Source: Roseibacillus sp.
GTDB lineage: Bacteria > Verrucomicrobiota > Verrucomicrobiia > Verrucomicrobiales > Akkermansiaceae
DNA: 64,000 nt
NCBI GenBank assembly: GCA_965242925.1
Contig: CBDEUM010000014.1
Span: forward strand, 480,001 to 544,000
Direction: 5' to 3'
A model generated the notes under the pieces. That model was given only the letters and a program-made list of their open reading frames with translations, searched no databases and was not told the origin of the DNA. This document shows positions 44,460 through 54,853 of the stretch, one piece after another. The translations under genes and the position numbers were made by a program. Positions within the stretch are counted from its first letter, which is position 1, and each line of letters starts with the position of its first letter.

Positions 44460-45743
44460 TTACTCCGGAGCTTCCTTCAGGTTCCGACTTACGAATGCCA
44501 GGTAATGTTTCCAGTCCCCGGGAGTCACATCGTGTTTGCCGGTCCGGAGGTGATACCCCGTCACCCTCCCGACACTCCGATCCGGAGCGGGGTGACTGGT
44601 GACCCCGAGGGAAGACTTGTGGTAGAGATCGTAAACCGGCTGGGCGTGAAGCACGCTGAGAAATTCGCCCCGGGGATCGGCCCAGCGATCCTCGGTGGCA
44701 CTGGCCACGTAAACCGCCCGGGGAGCGATGAGGGCAAGCAGCTGATGCTGGTCGAAGGGCAGGGCCTTTTCATTCTCATTGTACTTCTTGAAGTTGCCAT
44801 TGAACCAGTGGGGGAAGGACCGGTTGATGCGGCCTACCGTCTCGCCATAGGCCCGTTTGCTCAGGGCCGCTCCTCCGCAACCGGAATTGTTGGAAATCAC
44901 CGCCTTGAAGCGCTGGTCGGTCGCCCCGGCCCAGAGCGAGGTCTTGCCCAGTCGCGAGTGCCCGATCACCGCAACCCGTTTTGCGTCAACCTCCTCAATC
45001 TCCTCCAGCGTATCAAGAAGACGGCTCAACCCCCAGGCCCAGGCCGAGACGGTCCCCCATTCATCAGGCTTTGGCTCTCCCTTGGTGAAGAGCGGATGCA
45101 CCCCGTTCTTCCATCCATCGTGAAAATCAGGATCGATATTGCCACAGCAGGCGGTGGCTACCGCGAAGCCCGCATCCAGGATCATGCCAACGGGCCAGCG
45201 GCCCGCCGCGCTCCCCCGTAAAGCCTCTGCCTGCGCCTTGCGGTCTTCCCCCTTCCGGGACCCCACCACGTAACCCAGTTCCGGGGTGATTCGCGGGTCT
45301 TTCTCGACGCACTGGTTGCCACGGAAGTTCAGTCCGAGAAAGGCGGGCACTGGCCCCTTCGCATTCTTCGGCACGTAAAGAAGCATCCGGACCTGCGGTC
45401 CCTTGCCCTCCACGAAACTCACGAGGTATTCTCGGCGAATGGCCTTCCCCCCGACCGCGTCGGGAACTTCCTTGTCGAGGACCACCTTGAACCCTGACGG
45501 TTTGCCGACCGGCATACGCCCGTACATCTGCTCCTCGATGAGTTTGAGAGTGGCCGGACGACCCTTCTCTTCCCACTCCCTGGCTGACCTGATCCTGCCG
45601 CCCCCCGGCAGGGCGAGAGGATCCGGGAGTTTGATACCGGGCACCTTGCCCTCGTCATAGTTGGCCACGTATTTCTGTCCCTCTGCTGCCCCCCCCAGCC
45701 CGGCGAGCACAGTTGCAAGCAAGGTGAAGCGAGCAAGTTGCAT
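44460..45743 (-). CDS. CE15-like glucuronoyl esterase
   Basis: SAWAWGLSR, GHSRLGK nucleophile motif, PFDQHQLLALIAPR, WADPRGE. Confidence 0.88.
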   Translation of the reverse strand: MQLARFTLLATVLAGLGGAAEGQKYVANYDEGKVPGIKLPDPLALPGGGRIRSAREWEEKGRPATLKLIEEQMYGRMPVGKPSGFKVVLDKEVPDAVGGKAIRREYLVSFVEGKGPQVRMLLYVPKNAKGPVPAFLGLNFRGNQCVEKDPRITPELGYVVGSRKGEDRKAQAEALRGSAAGRWPVGMILDAGFAVATACCGNIDPDFHDGWKNGVHPLFTKGEPKPDEWGTVSAWAWGLSRLLDTLEEIEEVDAKRVAVIGHSRLGKTSLWAGATDQRFKAVISNNSGCGGAALSKRAYGETVGRINRSFPHWFNGNFKKYNENEKALPFDQHQLLALIAPRAVYVASATEDRWADPRGEFLSVLHAQPVYDLYHKSSLGVTSHPAPDRSVGRVTGYHLRTGKHDVTPGDWKHYLAFVSRNLKEAPE

Positions 45744-45870
45744 ACTGGCACGCTAGCGCGGCCCCGGATCCGGGGGCAAGCAGGAATCCCCCCATCCCCT
45801 CCCCGCAGAAACGACCATCCTCCCGGCTCCCGCCCACAGGGTGAACTTGCGCAAGCTCCCCCGAAAGCCG

Positions 45871-47439
45871 CTACCGCTCGGTGGAAAGTGTCCAGCTGTC
45901 GGTGCGGAAGAGCGAGGCCGGCAGCCCCGCTGCATTGACCAGGTTGGCTCCCTCCGGGTTTGAGGCCCAGGCGTAACGAACCGCCACCGGCTCGGGAACC
46001 TCCTCGCTGGAAACCAGCACCGCTTCGCCATCAATCACGGCCTTGCCCCAGTGCCACACCTGGTCCTTGCCCGCGATTTCGAAGCGCCCTGGCTCCCCGC
46101 CATCACAGGTCTTCACCCCTTCCGCATATTCGAAGGAGATGCGAACCTTGCTGCCTTCGACCTTGAAATCCCGGTAGAGGGGCCCGCTGACCACCACGTC
46201 CTTACGGCCATACTCGTTGGCAAGAGCCCAACGCGCCAGGCGTTCGCCGACATCTTTCTTGTTGCGGGGGTGGATGTCTCCGGCCGCTCCAATATCGTTG
46301 ATCACGGCCATCCCGGTATTGGGCAACCGCAACGCGAGCCGCTGCGCATTCTGCAGTTCCGCCCACGAACTCGCCTGTCCGGGCCTGCCGGTCGGCCTCC
46401 GGAAATTGGCCAGTTGCACGAAATAAAATGGCAGCTCCCTCTTCCACTGCTTGCGCCAGTCCTGGATGAGAAGAGGAAAGATCGTTTCATACTCCTTGGC
46501 GCGACCTGCATTGGACTCCCCCTGGTACCAGATGACCCCTTTCATGGCATAACCCGCCCAGGGATGAATCATCCCGTTGTAAATGGCCCCCGAGCGCTTC
46601 GGACTCAGGGCCGGGGGACTGGGCTTCTGGGGTTTCCGGGGGAGCTTCTTTCTCTTCTTGGGATCTTTTTCCGCCCGGTTGGCCTTCCGGATATTTTCCC
46701 AGCCTTCCAGTTTTTTTTCGTACTGCGCCACGGCCCGGCCCAGATCGAAACGCCTCGTCTCGGCCTCCAGCTTTTGGACGAGGGCCCGCCCTTCCGGCTT
46801 GCTCATCAACGTTTCCCGGCTCGTGAAAGCCTCCGATGGCTTGCCGCCCCACGCCGTCCGGATAATCCCTACCGGAACTCCCACCTCAGCATGCAGCTTC
46901 AGTGCGAAATAGTATCCCACCGCCGAAAACTTGCCGGCGTTCTGCGGGGTGGTCACGTTCCACTCGCCTCCCACCCGCCGCCGTGGACTGGCCGCCGTTA
47001 CCAGGTCCGTCAGGAACATTCGGATGGCGGGATGGTCCGCCTTGGGAATATCCTGCTTGGCCCGCTCAGTGGACGAAAGTGCCCACTGCATGTTGGACTG
47101 CCCCGAGGCCATCCACACCTCCCCCACCAGCAGGTCGGGCACTCTCAAACGGCCGCTCTCCGTTCCCGTCACCTCGAGGACCTGGCCGCTTGCACTGGCC
47201 TTGAGAGCATCGAGCTCCACCCGCCAGTTTCCCTTGTCGTCCGCTGTCGTCTGCTTTGACTGCCCCGCAAAGGTCACGTTAACCAGCTCCCCGGCCTTGC
47301 CCCAGCCCCACACAGGCACCGCCTCTTCCCGCTGCAACACCGCGTGGCGGCCGAACATGGCAGGCAGTTCGATCCCTGAAACCACGGGCACTTTCAGGCA
47401 CAGGACGGCGGGGATCAGAAGCGCTGAGTGCATTCTCAT
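45871..47439 (-). CDS. Sialate O-acetylesterase (SASA family)
   Basis: GEVWMASGQSNM, WYQGESN, DIHP. Confidence 0.92.
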   Translation of the reverse strand: MRMHSALLIPAVLCLKVPVVSGIELPAMFGRHAVLQREEAVPVWGWGKAGELVNVTFAGQSKQTTADDKGNWRVELDALKASASGQVLEVTGTESGRLRVPDLLVGEVWMASGQSNMQWALSSTERAKQDIPKADHPAIRMFLTDLVTAASPRRRVGGEWNVTTPQNAGKFSAVGYYFALKLHAEVGVPVGIIRTAWGGKPSEAFTSRETLMSKPEGRALVQKLEAETRRFDLGRAVAQYEKKLEGWENIRKANRAEKDPKKRKKLPRKPQKPSPPALSPKRSGAIYNGMIHPWAGYAMKGVIWYQGESNAGRAKEYETIFPLLIQDWRKQWKRELPFYFVQLANFRRPTGRPGQASSWAELQNAQRLALRLPNTGMAVINDIGAAGDIHPRNKKDVGERLARWALANEYGRKDVVVSGPLYRDFKVEGSKVRISFEYAEGVKTCDGGEPGRFEIAGKDQVWHWGKAVIDGEAVLVSSEEVPEPVAVRYAWASNPEGANLVNAAGLPASLFRTDSWTLSTER

Positions 47440-47566
47440 CGTCTCCGCCTACGTTCATCTGTCCCCCTCTCGATCACAAAACGCCTCTAATTAGGACAAC
47501 CAAAGGATAAATCTCGATATTTTTGAGCTGCACGCCTCGTTTTTATTACGCTATCCTCAACCCGAT

Positions 47567-49024
47567 ATGAGCTTATCGAACAGACGCCGTTTTATGGCAC
47601 AAACCGCCGCCGCCGGGGCTGCCCCCCTGATCATCGGCACGAAATCTTCCGCACAAGTCAAGGGAGCCAACGACCGGCTCCGGATCGCCGTTGCCGGATT
47701 GAACGGTCGCGGAGGCTCGCACATCGGGGGCTTCGGCGGCATCAAGGGTGTCGAAATTGCCTACGTAGCGGATCCTGATGCCAATGTCCGTGGCCGCCGA
47801 CTCAAGGATGTTCAAGGCAAGGGACACAAGAACTGCAAGGCCGTGGCCGACATTCGGGAAGCCCTTGAAGACCCCGAGGTGGACGCCATCTCGGTGGCCG
47901 CTCCCAACCACTGGCACTCCCTCATGACTATCTGGGGAGCTCAGGCGGGCAAGCATGTCTACGTCGAGAAGCCCATGAGCCACGATGTCGAGGAAGGGCG
48001 CGTCGCGGTGGCGGCCCAGAAGAAATACGGCGTCGTCATCCAACACGGCACCCAGCGTCGCAGCGATGGCAACATCGCAGGCCTGCACGAAATGATCAAG
48101 GAAGGCACCTGGGGCAAGCTCAAGATCGCCTACGGCTACTGCTGCAAGCCACGCGGAGGCATCGGCAACAAGGGAGCGTCTTCCCCGCCGGAGAACCTCG
48201 ACTGGGATCTCTGGAAGGGGCCCGCTGTCATCGATCAATTCCACCCCAACTTCGTTCACTACAACTGGCACTGGTTCTGGAAGACGGGCAATGGGGATCT
48301 CAACAACCAGGGCACCCACCAGCTCGACGTCGCCCGCTGGGCCATTGACAACGACCAGACCCATCCCGTCCGGGCCATGGCCATTGGTGGACGCTTCCAA
48401 TGGAAGGACCAGGGCGAGACTCCCAACAGCATGTTCGGGATCGCCCAGTACCCCAACGGTCAGTATTGCTTCTTCAACGTGCGCAACGTCAACTACAACG
48501 GCTACCAGCATCAGGTGAAAAACGAGTATTACTTTGAGGATGGTGGCCGCATCATGTCCGACACCAACCCGCACTACTTCAAGCCCGGCAGCGACAAGGG
48601 TGAGAAAATCAAGGTCAAGGGCGGCAAGGTCACCCCGGGTGGCAACTGGGCCAGTTTCGTAGCTGCCTGCCGTGCCAATGATCCCAAGATGGCGAACGGG
48701 GACGTGCACGACGCCCACTATGGGTGCGTCCTGGGCCATCTCATGAACAACTCCTACCGCCTCGGCAAGAAGGTCCCCTTCAACAAGAAGGCCGGTCGCT
48801 TCGGCGATAACAAGGACGCCGCGGAACACTTCGGCGCTCTCCACGATGTCATGGAGAAGGGTTGCAAGATCCCCGTCGACAAGGAGAACTACATCGTCGG
48901 CCCCTGGCTCACCTTTGATCCGAAGACCGAGCAACACACCGGCGAACACGCGGCCGAAGCCAACGCCCTCCTCAAGGATCCCAACAACAAGGGCTTCGAA
49001 GTCCCCGACGCAGCGAAGGTGTAG
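47567..49024 (+). CDS. Gfo/Idh/MocA oxidoreductase, Tat-exported
   Basis: NRRRFM Tat motif, GLNGRG, PNHWH, YVEKP, HQLD. Confidence 0.92.
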   Translation: MSLSNRRRFMAQTAAAGAAPLIIGTKSSAQVKGANDRLRIAVAGLNGRGGSHIGGFGGIKGVEIAYVADPDANVRGRRLKDVQGKGHKNCKAVADIREALEDPEVDAISVAAPNHWHSLMTIWGAQAGKHVYVEKPMSHDVEEGRVAVAAQKKYGVVIQHGTQRRSDGNIAGLHEMIKEGTWGKLKIAYGYCCKPRGGIGNKGASSPPENLDWDLWKGPAVIDQFHPNFVHYNWHWFWKTGNGDLNNQGTHQLDVARWAIDNDQTHPVRAMAIGGRFQWKDQGETPNSMFGIAQYPNGQYCFFNVRNVNYNGYQHQVKNEYYFEDGGRIMSDTNPHYFKPGSDKGEKIKVKGGKVTPGGNWASFVAACRANDPKMANGDVHDAHYGCVLGHLMNNSYRLGKKVPFNKKAGRFGDNKDAAEHFGALHDVMEKGCKIPVDKENYIVGPWLTFDPKTEQHTGEHAAEANALLKDPNNKGFEVPDAAKV

Positions 49025-49081
49025 CTCATGGCGGCCCCGGCCCGGGTCAGTCCCTGACGGCCGTCGTCCGAGAGAGCATTC

Positions 49082-49115
49082 AAAAGCGCGGGAGGGCACT
49101 CCCGCGCCTTTTTTT
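49082..49115. terminator. Intrinsic terminator
   Basis: AAAA-GCGCGGGAG-GGCA-CTCCCGCGC-CTTTTTTT. Confidence 0.88.
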
Positions 49116-49132
49116 GTCCTGGCCGCGGAGTG

Positions 49133-50494
49133 CTACCGCCTGACTGGCCATTCCCGCGACTTCGTGCGGGAACTTTCCATCAGCTCCCGCATCTTCTCCA
49201 CCATATCGGGATGAGTATCCGCCACATCACTCGCTTCCCCCGGGTCCGCATCCAGATCATGGAGCCGCAGCGGATTGCCGGGGCCTTCCCGAATCGCTTT
49301 CCAGTTCCTCCACCGCACCGCCTGCTGGAATCCGCGCTCGTGGAACTCCCAGTAGAAGTGCCGGTCCCTTTGCGCAAGCTGCTCTCCCGCCAGGGCGGAC
49401 CATACGTCGATTCCGTCGAGACCTTCAGGGCATTGTTCCCCGGCCAGGCAGGCGAAGGTCGGGAGCACGTCGGCAAACCACCAGGGCTCCTCACTCACCC
49501 GGTCCACCGGGACAGTCCCTTTCCAGCGCACGATCATCGGTACGCGCAACCCTCCCTCGGCGAGATCCCGCTTGCGCCCCCGGAGGGGCCCTGAGCTGTC
49601 AAAGCGTCCCTCCCACCGCTCGGCCGCCCCGTTGTCGGAGCAGAAGAAGACCACCGTCTTCTCGCTGAGGGAAAGTTCGTCCAGCAGGTCGAGCAGGCGC
49701 CCCACATCACGATCGAGCCGGGAAACCATGGCCGCATGCGACATCTCGTTTTTCTTCCACCCCCGGCCCTTGTAGCCATGGTTCCCTGGGGGGAACTGGT
49801 ACCTGGAGTGGGGCACGCAATAGGGAAGGTAGAGAAAGAACTTCCGGTCGTGGTTACGGCGCACAAAGTCGAGCGCGAATTCCGTGAAGAGATCGTGCGT
49901 GTATTGCTCTTCCCCGCCTCCGTTATTGCCCGGGAGAGCCACCTTCTCGCGGCCGCGCCAGAGGTAGTCGGCATAGTGGTTGTGGGCACGTCGCTGGTTG
50001 AGGAAACCGAACCAGTGATCAAATCCCTGTGCCTTGGGATGCCCGGTGGTGCCCGGTTCCCCTAGTCCCCACTTACCGGTCATCCCGGTGAGGTAGCCCG
50101 CTTCCTTGAGCACCTCGGCGACCGTGACATCCTCGGTTCGCAGGGGAACGCGGCCCTTCCCTCCGCCCAGGCCCTTCACCCCGCCGACTCCGAAGTTGCC
50201 CCGCACGGTGGTGTGTCCGGTGTGCTTGCCGGTCATGAGGACGCTGCGCGAAGGGGCGCAAACGGTGGACCCTGCGTAACACTGGGTGAACCGGATTCCT
50301 TCCTCCGCCATGCGGTCAAGACGCGGGGTCCGGATCACCTTCTGTCCGTAGCACCCGAGATCGCCGTAGCCCAGGTCATCCGCCATGATGAAGATGATGC
50401 TGGGGGCCTCCGCAGGGCGGGCGGCAGCACCAACTGCCCCGGGCAGCCAGGAAAGGGCAGAGAGGAACAATGCTGCTCGCAGGCGGAACTTCAT
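49133..50494 (-). CDS. Arylsulfatase
   Basis: IIFIMADDLGYGD, CAPSRSVLMTG, GKWG. Confidence 0.94.
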   Translation of the reverse strand: MKFRLRAALFLSALSWLPGAVGAAARPAEAPSIIFIMADDLGYGDLGCYGQKVIRTPRLDRMAEEGIRFTQCYAGSTVCAPSRSVLMTGKHTGHTTVRGNFGVGGVKGLGGGKGRVPLRTEDVTVAEVLKEAGYLTGMTGKWGLGEPGTTGHPKAQGFDHWFGFLNQRRAHNHYADYLWRGREKVALPGNNGGGEEQYTHDLFTEFALDFVRRNHDRKFFLYLPYCVPHSRYQFPPGNHGYKGRGWKKNEMSHAAMVSRLDRDVGRLLDLLDELSLSEKTVVFFCSDNGAAERWEGRFDSSGPLRGRKRDLAEGGLRVPMIVRWKGTVPVDRVSEEPWWFADVLPTFACLAGEQCPEGLDGIDVWSALAGEQLAQRDRHFYWEFHERGFQQAVRWRNWKAIREGPGNPLRLHDLDADPGEASDVADTHPDMVEKMRELMESSRTKSREWPVRR

Positions 50495-50638
50495 GAGACG
50501 GGGACCGTTCCAGATGCCCCCGGCTCTGGCCATGCCAAATCCAGGCTAAATACGGACCATCGCCTCCCGCGGCGGGGTCAGTCTTCCCACCGCAATCGAG
50601 CAACAAGCGAAGCAGGGGAGGCCCTGGGGAATTGATCC

Positions 50639-53125
50639 CTACCGGACCACGCGCATGCGGAGGAAGTACTTCTCCCCGAAGGTTCCTCCGTCCGGCTGGC
50701 TCAGCTCAAAGCCAAGATGGGATAATCCGGGGCGTCTGCCCTGCAGTGTTCCTGCAAATGAAGCGTTAAGTGTTTCCCAGCTGTCCGGCTCCATCGTGGG
50801 AGACCCTTCGACCGTGTAGACGAATCCACGCGCCTGGGCGGAGTTCAGGATCTCGAAGGATGCGAAAAGCCGGCGCTCCCCCCCCGGCGTCATCGTCACA
50901 TGGGCAGTCAGTCCCCCATCAACGGCGACACTAAGGGCGTCACGCTCATCGTAAACCACCCAGAATTCGGGAGCACCTGCCGCCGTCCCGTCGAAACTGT
51001 CCGCTGACCGCTCCCCGGCCCCGGAGATGAGCATCCCGATCGAATTGCCCGCGGCCCACTCTTCCCGGTGAACAACCTCTTCCACCACAGCCGCCAATTC
51101 CGGGGAGCTCAACTGATGCCCGATTCCCGTCCAGGGCACGACATTCCAGAGAGCACTGGCAGCCGTTCGCGGCCGGGTACTCAATCCTCCGATCTCTTCC
51201 GTGAAGGGTCGGGTCTGGTTGCTCAGATCCGCGTAGACGGTCCACTCCGCCGGATCCATTCCAAGCAGTGCCGGCCTCATCACGAAAAAAGATGACAGAA
51301 TGGTGGCATCACGGGGAACCCGGACATCCCGGAACCGCAGGCCAAACCAACTGGCTTCCGGCGAGGTGATCCCCACCGTTGAGGAATGGAGATCTACTAT
51401 TCCCAGACCCGATTCCACCGCATCGTCTTCCGCCTGGAGCAGCGGAATCCGCACATATTGAAGCGAACCGGGCGTGGCCGGCAGCACCTCCCTGGTTGTC
51501 ACCGGGCTCCGTCGTTCACCCCCCCTCCACACGCTGAACGCCTTGATTGTCGTCGGGGCCCCGATGTCGATCGGCCCGCCATAGGCGGGACTGGCTGGGG
51601 AGGGTTCCGAACCATCCAGGGTGTAGTGCACGGTGGCGTCCGGGACATTGGGCTGGGCGATCAGATGGGCCTGCACCTTCCCGCGGGTCCGCTCCGAGGC
51701 TACAATCGCCGGACCGAAGGGGCACCAGGGATCGCTCAGGGGGAGCCGGGGCGCCACTTCCCCACGCTTGATGAGCTGGAACTCATCCCGAACCACGCCT
51801 TCCTCATTCAGCATGATCACCTTCATGGTGTCCCCTTCCAGGTCCATGAGGACCGACCCCCCCTCCTTGAGGGAAATGCGGTGGACCGGGGAGAGCCCGA
51901 AGGAAAACCCCGAACCGTGCCCATGGCCGGACACAACCGCCACCGTCCCCCCGTGAGGATGGAGATGGGCACTCTTGAGATAGGATCCGTCTCCGTCCGC
52001 ATTCCCGTCCCCATCATCCAGGATCACCCCGAAGGGATCGGTGGGCGTGACGTAGGCCCGGTCGAGCAGCATGGAGCGCTCGTAAATGTGCGAATGCCCG
52101 GCCAGGACCATATCAACCCCGTGATCCTCCAGAATCGGCATCATCACTTCACGCATCTCGATCAGTTGGTCCTCAAGGTCGCTGTGATGGGAGCCCTTTG
52201 AGTAGGGGGGATGGTGCCAGAAGGCGATGAGCCACTCCGAATCGTTCCGGGCCAGGTCCTGCCGGAGCCAGGTCGCCATTCGGGCCGCCTCTCCCCGGGC
52301 CTCGTCATGGCTGTTGAGACAGACGAAGTGGATGGGCCCGAAGTCAAAGGAATAATAGGCCTCGCTGCCGGATGGAACCCCTCCTGCTTCTCCGTCTGTG
52401 GGAAGAACATAGGCGTCGTAATAGGGGCCGATCCCAAGCGTGCCGTCGGAGGCGCGCCCCTCGTGGTTCCCCATGGTGGCCCAGGTCACCGTGTTGCAGA
52501 TCGTTCCGGCATAGACATCAAAGAAGTTGGCCTGGAACTCGGGATCCGTCCCGTCGTCGTAGGCCATGTCCCCGAGATGGACGAAGGCATCGAGCCGCCG
52601 CCCGTCCGCTGCCACGTAGGCCTTCATGGCATCGTAGACGTTCCTCTGAATGATCCCCCCGTCTCCCGTGTCCCCCATCACCCAGAAGCGCAGGGGTCTG
52701 CCCGGCTCGACCCGCGGCTGGGTGTGAAAGAAGGAGTCTTCCGTGCCTCCCGCCAGAAGAGTGTCCCCGTCGAACACCCCGTAGTAGTACTTCGAATCAA
52801 CCGCCAATCCACTGACTGTTGCCTCAAACTGATAGACGCCCTTCGGCGTGCTCTGCCCCAGTCGGGGCACCTCCGGCAGCCCCTTCATCTCAGGGCTGAC
52901 GCGCATGACAATCTGCTCGACCGGCACGCCCTGGTTGAGATTGCCCGGCGCCGGTCCGTAACGCACCCTCGGGGCAATCGACTGGTCGGTCCGCCAGGCC
53001 ACGACACTCGAACTGCGGGTGGTCAGTTGGATGTAGGGGTCTCGAATCACTTCGCCCCGGGCAGGTGATTCACCCATGCCGCACACGAGACCGAGCACAA
53101 GGAAGGGGGAATGGGCGCGAACCAT
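50639..53125 (-). CDS. Purple-acid-phosphatase-like metallophosphoesterase with a CHB_HEX_C-like domain
   Basis: GDTG, LGDMAY, GNHE, GHSH motifs; VHYTLDGSEP. The start is probably 53125, not 53863. Confidence 0.85.
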   Translation of the reverse strand: MVRAHSPFLVLGLVCGMGESPARGEVIRDPYIQLTTRSSSVVAWRTDQSIAPRVRYGPAPGNLNQGVPVEQIVMRVSPEMKGLPEVPRLGQSTPKGVYQFEATVSGLAVDSKYYYGVFDGDTLLAGGTEDSFFHTQPRVEPGRPLRFWVMGDTGDGGIIQRNVYDAMKAYVAADGRRLDAFVHLGDMAYDDGTDPEFQANFFDVYAGTICNTVTWATMGNHEGRASDGTLGIGPYYDAYVLPTDGEAGGVPSGSEAYYSFDFGPIHFVCLNSHDEARGEAARMATWLRQDLARNDSEWLIAFWHHPPYSKGSHHSDLEDQLIEMREVMMPILEDHGVDMVLAGHSHIYERSMLLDRAYVTPTDPFGVILDDGDGNADGDGSYLKSAHLHPHGGTVAVVSGHGHGSGFSFGLSPVHRISLKEGGSVLMDLEGDTMKVIMLNEEGVVRDEFQLIKRGEVAPRLPLSDPWCPFGPAIVASERTRGKVQAHLIAQPNVPDATVHYTLDGSEPSPASPAYGGPIDIGAPTTIKAFSVWRGGERRSPVTTREVLPATPGSLQYVRIPLLQAEDDAVESGLGIVDLHSSTVGITSPEASWFGLRFRDVRVPRDATILSSFFVMRPALLGMDPAEWTVYADLSNQTRPFTEEIGGLSTRPRTAASALWNVVPWTGIGHQLSSPELAAVVEEVVHREEWAAGNSIGMLISGAGERSADSFDGTAAGAPEFWVVYDERDALSVAVDGGLTAHVTMTPGGERRLFASFEILNSAQARGFVYTVEGSPTMEPDSWETLNASFAGTLQGRRPGLSHLGFELSQPDGGTFGEKYFLRMRVVR

Positions 53126-53208
53126 GGATCGGGGGTATCGACCAAGGGTGCCACTCCGGATCTTTGCCATCCAGAAAGAAATCGATCTCGCGCAGACGGC
53201 CCCCACCA

Positions 53209-54609
53209 TCAGCCCTTCCCGCTCCCCGAATCTCCCGGACGCCGATGCATGGTCCAGCCGGTGAACCCCAGGAGGACAGAGACGAGCGGGCAAAGGAGGT
53301 TGAAGAACGCGAAGGGCGCGAAAAGGTGCGGGCCCACCTTGAGCGCTCCCAGCATGGCGGCTCCGCAGGTGTTCCAGGGGATCAGCGGAGAGGTTATCGT
53401 TCCCGCGTCCTCCAGGCACCGGGAAAGGTTCCTGGCTTCCAGTCCGGCCTCGTCGTAGGCCTCCTTGTACATCCGGCCCGGCAGGATGATGGAGAGGTAC
53501 TGGTCCGCTGCCAGTAGATTGACCCCAAGCGAGGAGGCCAGGGTGGCGAGCACCAGTCGCCCGGTATTGATCGCAAACCGCATGACGGCCTGCACGATCA
53601 CTCGCAGCATTCCCGTGCTCTCCATCAACCCCCCGAAGGACAACGCGCAAAGGAGCAGTCCGATCGTCCCGTACATGCTCTCCAAGCCGCCCCCCGAGAG
53701 GAGTTCGTCGAGACTGGCAACTCCCGATTTCAGCTCGTACCCGCTTTCCAGCACCGCCACGAGACGGGTGGCTGATTCTCCCTGCACGGTGAGCGCCAGA
53801 ACCGTTCCCACCGCGCCGCCTGCCAGGATGGCGCCCAGGGCCGGCAGGCGAAATACGAGGCACACAATCACGCTGAGAGGAGCCACCAGCAGCACCGGCG
53901 AGAGATGAAACTTCTCTTCGATGGTTTCCAACAAAAGCTCGATGTGCCCGTCATTCGTCTCGCCGCCCGCTCCCATTCCCAACAGGGCATAGATCCCCAA
54001 CGCGATCACCATGCTGGGCACAGTGGTCCAGAGCATGTGGCGGATATGCTCGAAGAGGGGAACCTCCGCCACCCCGGCCGCCAGGTTGGTGGTATCGGAA
54101 AGCGGGGAGAGCTTGTCGCCGAAATAGGCTCCCGAAACAATCGCGCCAGCCGTCATGGCCCTGGAGATCTCCAGACCTTCTGCCACTCCGATCAGAGCCA
54201 CCCCGATCGTTGCCGCGGTGGTCCACGAACTGCCTGTCACCACCGAAACCAGCCCGCAGATCAGACAGCACGCAACCAGGAAGACTTCAGGAGAGAGGAG
54301 CCGCAATCCGTAGGCAACGAGCAGAGAAACAACCCCGCCAGCCAGCCAGGATCCAATCAGAATTCCGATCGAAAGCAGGATCAGGATGGAGGGAAGACCA
54401 ATGGAGATGCCTTTGACCATTCCCTCCTGCAGGGCCTTCCAACGGTAGCCCAGTGTCCGGCCGATAAGCACCACCACCACACTGCCGGCGATGAGGGGAA
54501 GATGCGGCGAAGCCCCCAGCAGCGGAATGGCCAGCCCCAGAATCGCCATCACCACCGCGACCGGAACCAGTGACAGCACGAGGGAGGGTGAGCGCGGGTG
54601 ATCGGTCAT
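53209..54609 (-). CDS. nhaC: NhaC-family Na+/H+ antiporter
   Basis: GSSWTT..TIG, SGAYFGDKLSPLSDTTNLA, LEDAGT..PLIPWN. Confidence 0.92.
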   Translation of the reverse strand: MTDHPRSPSLVLSLVPVAVVMAILGLAIPLLGASPHLPLIAGSVVVVLIGRTLGYRWKALQEGMVKGISIGLPSILILLSIGILIGSWLAGGVVSLLVAYGLRLLSPEVFLVACCLICGLVSVVTGSSWTTAATIGVALIGVAEGLEISRAMTAGAIVSGAYFGDKLSPLSDTTNLAAGVAEVPLFEHIRHMLWTTVPSMVIALGIYALLGMGAGGETNDGHIELLLETIEEKFHLSPVLLVAPLSVIVCLVFRLPALGAILAGGAVGTVLALTVQGESATRLVAVLESGYELKSGVASLDELLSGGGLESMYGTIGLLLCALSFGGLMESTGMLRVIVQAVMRFAINTGRLVLATLASSLGVNLLAADQYLSIILPGRMYKEAYDEAGLEARNLSRCLEDAGTITSPLIPWNTCGAAMLGALKVGPHLFAPFAFFNLLCPLVSVLLGFTGWTMHRRPGDSGSGKG

Positions 54610-54853
54610 GAGCAAGGCCTCCGGAAGGGCCGCCTTCCTGCAGGGCACCACCGGGGCAGACCGGTGGCGAGCCAAAAGGGCACCCCTGGGCCCTCATGAG
54701 GCGGCTCTGGAATAAATGAGTCGTTGAGCCCCGGGACCCGTCACGAGTTTCCATGGCGGAGGGGAGCGTTGATTAATTTCGCCGAACAAATGCCTGTCCC
54801 TGTCCGGCTTTGGAACTGGACACGCCCCCCGTCCCGGCCTTACTTCGCAGGGC

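Noticed and set aside
53126..53863. N-terminal extension of the 1074-aa phosphatase ORF
   Set aside because: It overlaps nhaC in another frame and is not protein-like.
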